A stretch of 63,785 bases of DNA, filler included, from Hyphochytrium catenoides (taxonomy: Eukaryota; Protista; Hyphochytriomycota): the NCBI GenBank assembly GCA_900088475.1. It is 9 parts of 9 records of this genome, joined end to end, with 100 filler letters (N's around TTAATTAATTAA, not from the genome) between each part and the next. Parts side by side here need not be neighbours in the genome. Positions count along the whole stretch, not along the records: positions 56,900 to 61,289 come from FLMG01000676.1; positions 61,390 to 62,558 come from FLMG01000331.1; positions 62,659 to 63,785 come from FLMG01000267.1; 6 more parts are not named here. One strand, written 5' to 3'. The notes under the pieces are model-generated. The model was not told the DNA's origin, ran no database searches, and was given only the letters and a program-made list of their open reading frames with translations. This document shows, piece by piece, positions 60,280-63,785 of this stretch (positions are counted from its first letter, which is position 1; each line of letters begins with the position of its first letter). The position numbers and the translations under genes are program-made.

Positions 60280-61261
60280 TGACAAACTGGGATTGATCCA
60301 AAAGCAAAATAATAGTCAATTTGGGCCGAGGACGAAGATGGCGGAGTGCCTAAGGGAGAGAGAAGTACAAAGAGAGAGAGAGGACTATGGAGAGACTATA
60401 GGGAGATGTTAGAGGACACGAAAGGAAAAGAGAGAGAGAGAGAGACTGTATCAAGAAAATATCCAGAGTGCGAGCACTAATAACCCCGCTACTCTTATTA
60501 CCTCCTTGGGGGTATCCTTCGCTCCCCTCCCTCTCTCTCATACGCTCTCTCTCTCTTTCTCTCTCTTCTCTCCTCTCTCTGCCTGTCATCTCTCTCTCCT
60601 CTCAAAAAATATGTGCAGCTGGTCACGGTCCTCCTACTAGTCTATCTTCAAGTCTCGTGCGATGTCTTCTTCCTCGATTGGGAGAAGGCGAAGGGGAGAG
60701 TGAGAGAGGAAGAGGGAGACGGGGACGGAAAGACAGTGGACGGTCCCATCAGCGTCTGGCGGACCATCTTGGTGGCTAACGAGTTCAATGAGATTCAAAC
60801 GGTGCGGGGCTACTGCTCCTCTCGCTTTCTCTCTCCTCTCTCTCTCTTTCTCGCTCTCTCTCTGTCTTTGTGTGTGTCTCTGTCTCTCATCTCTTAAGTT
60901 CATTCTCTCTCTTGCGCGCACTCTCTCTCTTGCTCGATCCATAATCTCCTGCAGCTCCGTTCCCCGGTCTCCTTCACTTCATTTATCTTCATCAACACTC
61001 TTTCACTTGCTTATGTTCTCTCTCATCGGTAGGTTTCTCTCTCTCTCTCTCTCTCTGTTCTGATGCCTCTTCCCCTTTCCAGTCGCCTCTTATTCTCTGT
61101 CTCCGCCTTCCTTTCCGAGTGTTCCTTTATCTTTCTTTTTCGTCTGCTAAGAAATGGATCTCTCTCTCTTGTCACTCTGTCTTTGTTGCTCGGCTGTGTG
61201 TGCAGAAGCGGAAGATCTCAACTGTTTTCTCTCTTTTTCTTCTTCTGATGATCCTGAAAGG
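57125..61261 (+). CDS. TMEM67: Meckelin (ciliary transition-zone protein), internal fragment, multi-exon
   Basis: Exons encode LASYSLNGSWLG...LRYGNSY...PLLYELFI; YPVPVRNLNY; LTRRFFLYDTVSG...VIRYAKSISL; PPLLVIEYEE; YWLVNFK; QVSCDVFFLDWEKAKG; ISVWRTILVANEFNEIQT; KRKISTVF. These are hallmark meckelin motifs. Confidence 0.92.
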
Positions 61262-61389
61262 GTAAGACAAGTCTCTCGTGCCCTTATTTNNNNNNNNNNN
61301 NNNNNNNNNNNNNNNNNNNNNNNNNNNNNNNNNTTAATTAATTAANNNNNNNNNNNNNNNNNNNNNNNNNNNNNNNNNNNNNNNNNNNN

Positions 61390-62558
61390 CTGGCTCATTC
61401 CGGAGCGACGCAACAGCTCTTTTATGTTCTCAACATCTTCCCGCGACGGGACAAGTATAGCGTCGCGAAGAAGCCCAAGAAACATCCATTTTGCGCCATG
61501 GGCTGCTGGTAGAGATCTCTCCATTCTATTACATAAGTGTAACGAATCCAGCTTTATACGGTTAAACTCAGCTGCTGCGATGGGCTCTGGAATGTCATCA
61601 GTATCATTCTCATTGGGTCTAAACTCCTCTGGCAAGCTGTCAACGAAGAAGGCTGCGTCATTGCCAGGGCTTGCTTCATCCTCCGGTACAGCCTCTTGAA
61701 GCACCGTTACACCAGCGGGTACTTCTTGTCCATGCCCTCCTTGCACTTCGCTTGTCCTAATCCTTGAAGTTGGCCACCAAACTGCGGACCCGTCATTCGC
61801 AACTTCAGCCATAGACAGCTGTTGAGCGCCGTACAAAGGGAGAATTGCATTTCCTCTGTCGGATTTGGTGACCCTGACCAGAACCATGTCTCTGAATTCC
61901 GGAGCTAAGTTTCTTCNNNNNNNNNNNNNNNNNNNNNNNNNNNNNNNNNNNNNNNNNNNNNNNNNNNNNNNNNNNNNGGCTGAGCTCTCGGACATTGTCG
62001 AGAACGCCCTCTGCCTGTCCTCCCAATGGCCCAATCATCAGCCCCTCTCCAACCTTCTCATTCCCTAAAAGGCTATACAAATGTACAATAGAAGCTTTAT
62101 TCTGCATATTAGTTGCCCTTGGCTGAGGTATGGGAGTGCCTTCAGTCCGCTTTAGAGCCACATATAGGGACAATGCAGCGTAGCCGTCAAGGGCAAGGTA
62201 ATGAACCTGCTGTGGGCTCAAAGTCTCCTGACCCCAAGCGCTACAGATAACTTCTCCAGGCACTAGGTATGAGCATCCTAGACATGCCTGGAAAGCTTCC
62301 TCCAGGTTGTAGCCACGCGCTCTGGCCATAGTTGACAAGTCGAGCAAAGAGCGAACCTCAATTCCAAAGTCAGACCTAAGATAGTTTGAATGACGGTTAG
62401 CATCCAAGCCCAGTTTGACAATATCTGGGTTCTCCAGCACCGTAACGCGAAGATGGTCCATGAGGTGCTGACTCAAAGTGGGCAATCTGATAACTGCCGC
62501 TTTGTATCTATTGGCATCAGTCAGGTCCGGCCCAGGTATGAAGAAGCTGATGACCGCA
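61390..62558 (-). CDS. DnaQ/WRN-type 3'-5' exonuclease domain followed by a DxxH-containing transposase-like segment; partial at both ends
   Basis: LENPDIVKLG...LRSDFG...LLDLSTMA...SAWGQETLSPQQVHYLALDGYAALSLY (ExoII/ExoIII region). After an N gap: RIKLDSLHLCNRM...HG...FLGLLRDAILVPSRED. No introns seen. Confidence 0.65.
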
Positions 62559-62768
62559 NNNNNNNNNNNNNNNNNNNNNNNNNNNNNNNNNNNNNNNNNN
62601 NNTTAATTAATTAANNNNNNNNNNNNNNNNNNNNNNNNNNNNNNNNNNNNNNNNNNNNGCAAGGTAAGAGGACAAGAAAGAAGGGGTAATGTAGATAATC
62701 CCTGGCTAGGAATGTTGACGTTACACAAAGAAAACTTCGTCCGCGACATTCTGAGAAGAGCTGCCATA

Positions 62769-63310
62769 CCTGAGCAGGAGGCAACTTCAAACTTTAGCTT
62801 GCTCATGTGAGGAGGATGTGACTGGGAGCACCTCGCCTAGTAAGACGAGGGCAGCTGAAGGACCTGTGCCATGCTGAGGAAGCGAGCTTCGAACTCTGGG
62901 CTCGCTTGAGCACTTTAGCACGTATCTAGGAGTCTCTTACGCTATATATACTCGACGACAACAGCTAGGCGCTTAGGTACTCCTTCTGGCTTGTGGTCCC
63001 TCAATAATGTAGTCTACCTCTCCAAACGTAATACGATAGAGCAAGTAGGAGTAGCTGCTAACCCGTCGAGGGAAGAAAGACTGGAAACAGCCATATACAG
63101 TGTGATTAGCAGGAAGCTCAGCAGGAGGAGTAGTCTTAACAACGTTCTAACCCTTGCACGACCGCTGCGAACTCTGGCTGATCCTGGCACCAAGCAGGAG
63201 CTAGCGGCAAACAGTGCGAACCGACGGCTGCTGCCTGTCAACTCTTTAGAAGGGGGAAAGAATGCATTGCCAAGCGCTGACAAGACCTTTTCTTTTTTGA
63301 GAGAGGCTGG
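62769..63310 (-). CDS. Possible multi-exon type II membrane protein fragment
   Basis: RVRTLLRLLLLLSFLLITLYMAV (basic residues + one TM) followed by GT donors and short downstream exon-like segments; no recognisable family. Confidence 0.3.
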
Positions 63311-63785
63311 GCAATAGCAAAGAGTTTTATAAAAGACAGGAAGACCTCTACCATGCCCGCAGCGGAGAGACAGAGGTCGAGACTGAGAGACAGAGGCCGG
63401 GAAGGAGAGACAGAGTGATACATTGGGGCGGGATACGAAGCTCGAGAGCTTGAGAGAGACACATCAACGCGCAGGGATCGCGACTGATGAGAAGTCAAAG
63501 CGAAAACAAAAGGAGCAACGCTTTGTCATTTTGCTGCATTACAGTACTGTATGGCCAGATTGCTGATCAGCCACTAGGATCGCCAATATACACAGCCTAA
63601 ATCCTTGATGTGAATGAGTTGATTTAAACACATGGTTTATCTGGTTACTATATTGCGGTAACTAGAATTGCTCGAGTGCCGTCGATCTTCAAGGACATTT
63701 CTTCCTTTGTGCCCAGTGGTAGGCCTCACAGCTTCTTCACCCTTGTCACCTGAGTACTACCTCGAAATACATATATATATATATA

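Noticed and set aside
40450-61289. A ciliary signalling cluster of the polycystin-like receptor and TMEM67
   Set aside because: The genes lie on different contigs separated by synthetic spacers; no linkage evidence.

Overview
Eukaryotic, intron-containing DNA in the standard genetic code. The window is not one locus: nine contigs are joined by eight identical synthetic 100-bp spacers (N44-TTAATTAATTAA-N44), so adjacency across a spacer means nothing. Contig 1 (1-14768, GA/CT-microsatellite-rich) holds a divergent AMP-binding (ANL) enzyme and a convergent multi-exon PH-TM-SMP-C2-C2 extended-synaptotagmin-like gene. Contig 2 (14869-40349) holds three intronless APC amino-acid permease paralogues (one frameshifted, two inside a ~3.4-kb duplication), a RING/TRAF-zinc-finger gene, a decayed CRE-like non-LTR retroelement lacking its RT core, and a small membrane-protein gene. 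Contig 3 (40450-49365) holds a TSP1-EGF-GAIN/GPS polycystin-1-like receptor and a partial secreted-protein gene. Contigs 4-9 carry fragments of a SNAPC4-like Myb protein, organellar bL36, a bacterial-type tandem GNAT with an intron, TMEM67/meckelin (implying a flagellated organism), a 3'-5' exonuclease/transposase-like ORF and an unknown gene. The best novelty candidate is the polycystin-1-like receptor, which has a complete tetraspanin module plus an IQ motif inside its cytoplasmic loop and no channel domain. All family calls are by motif recognition; no database searches were run.
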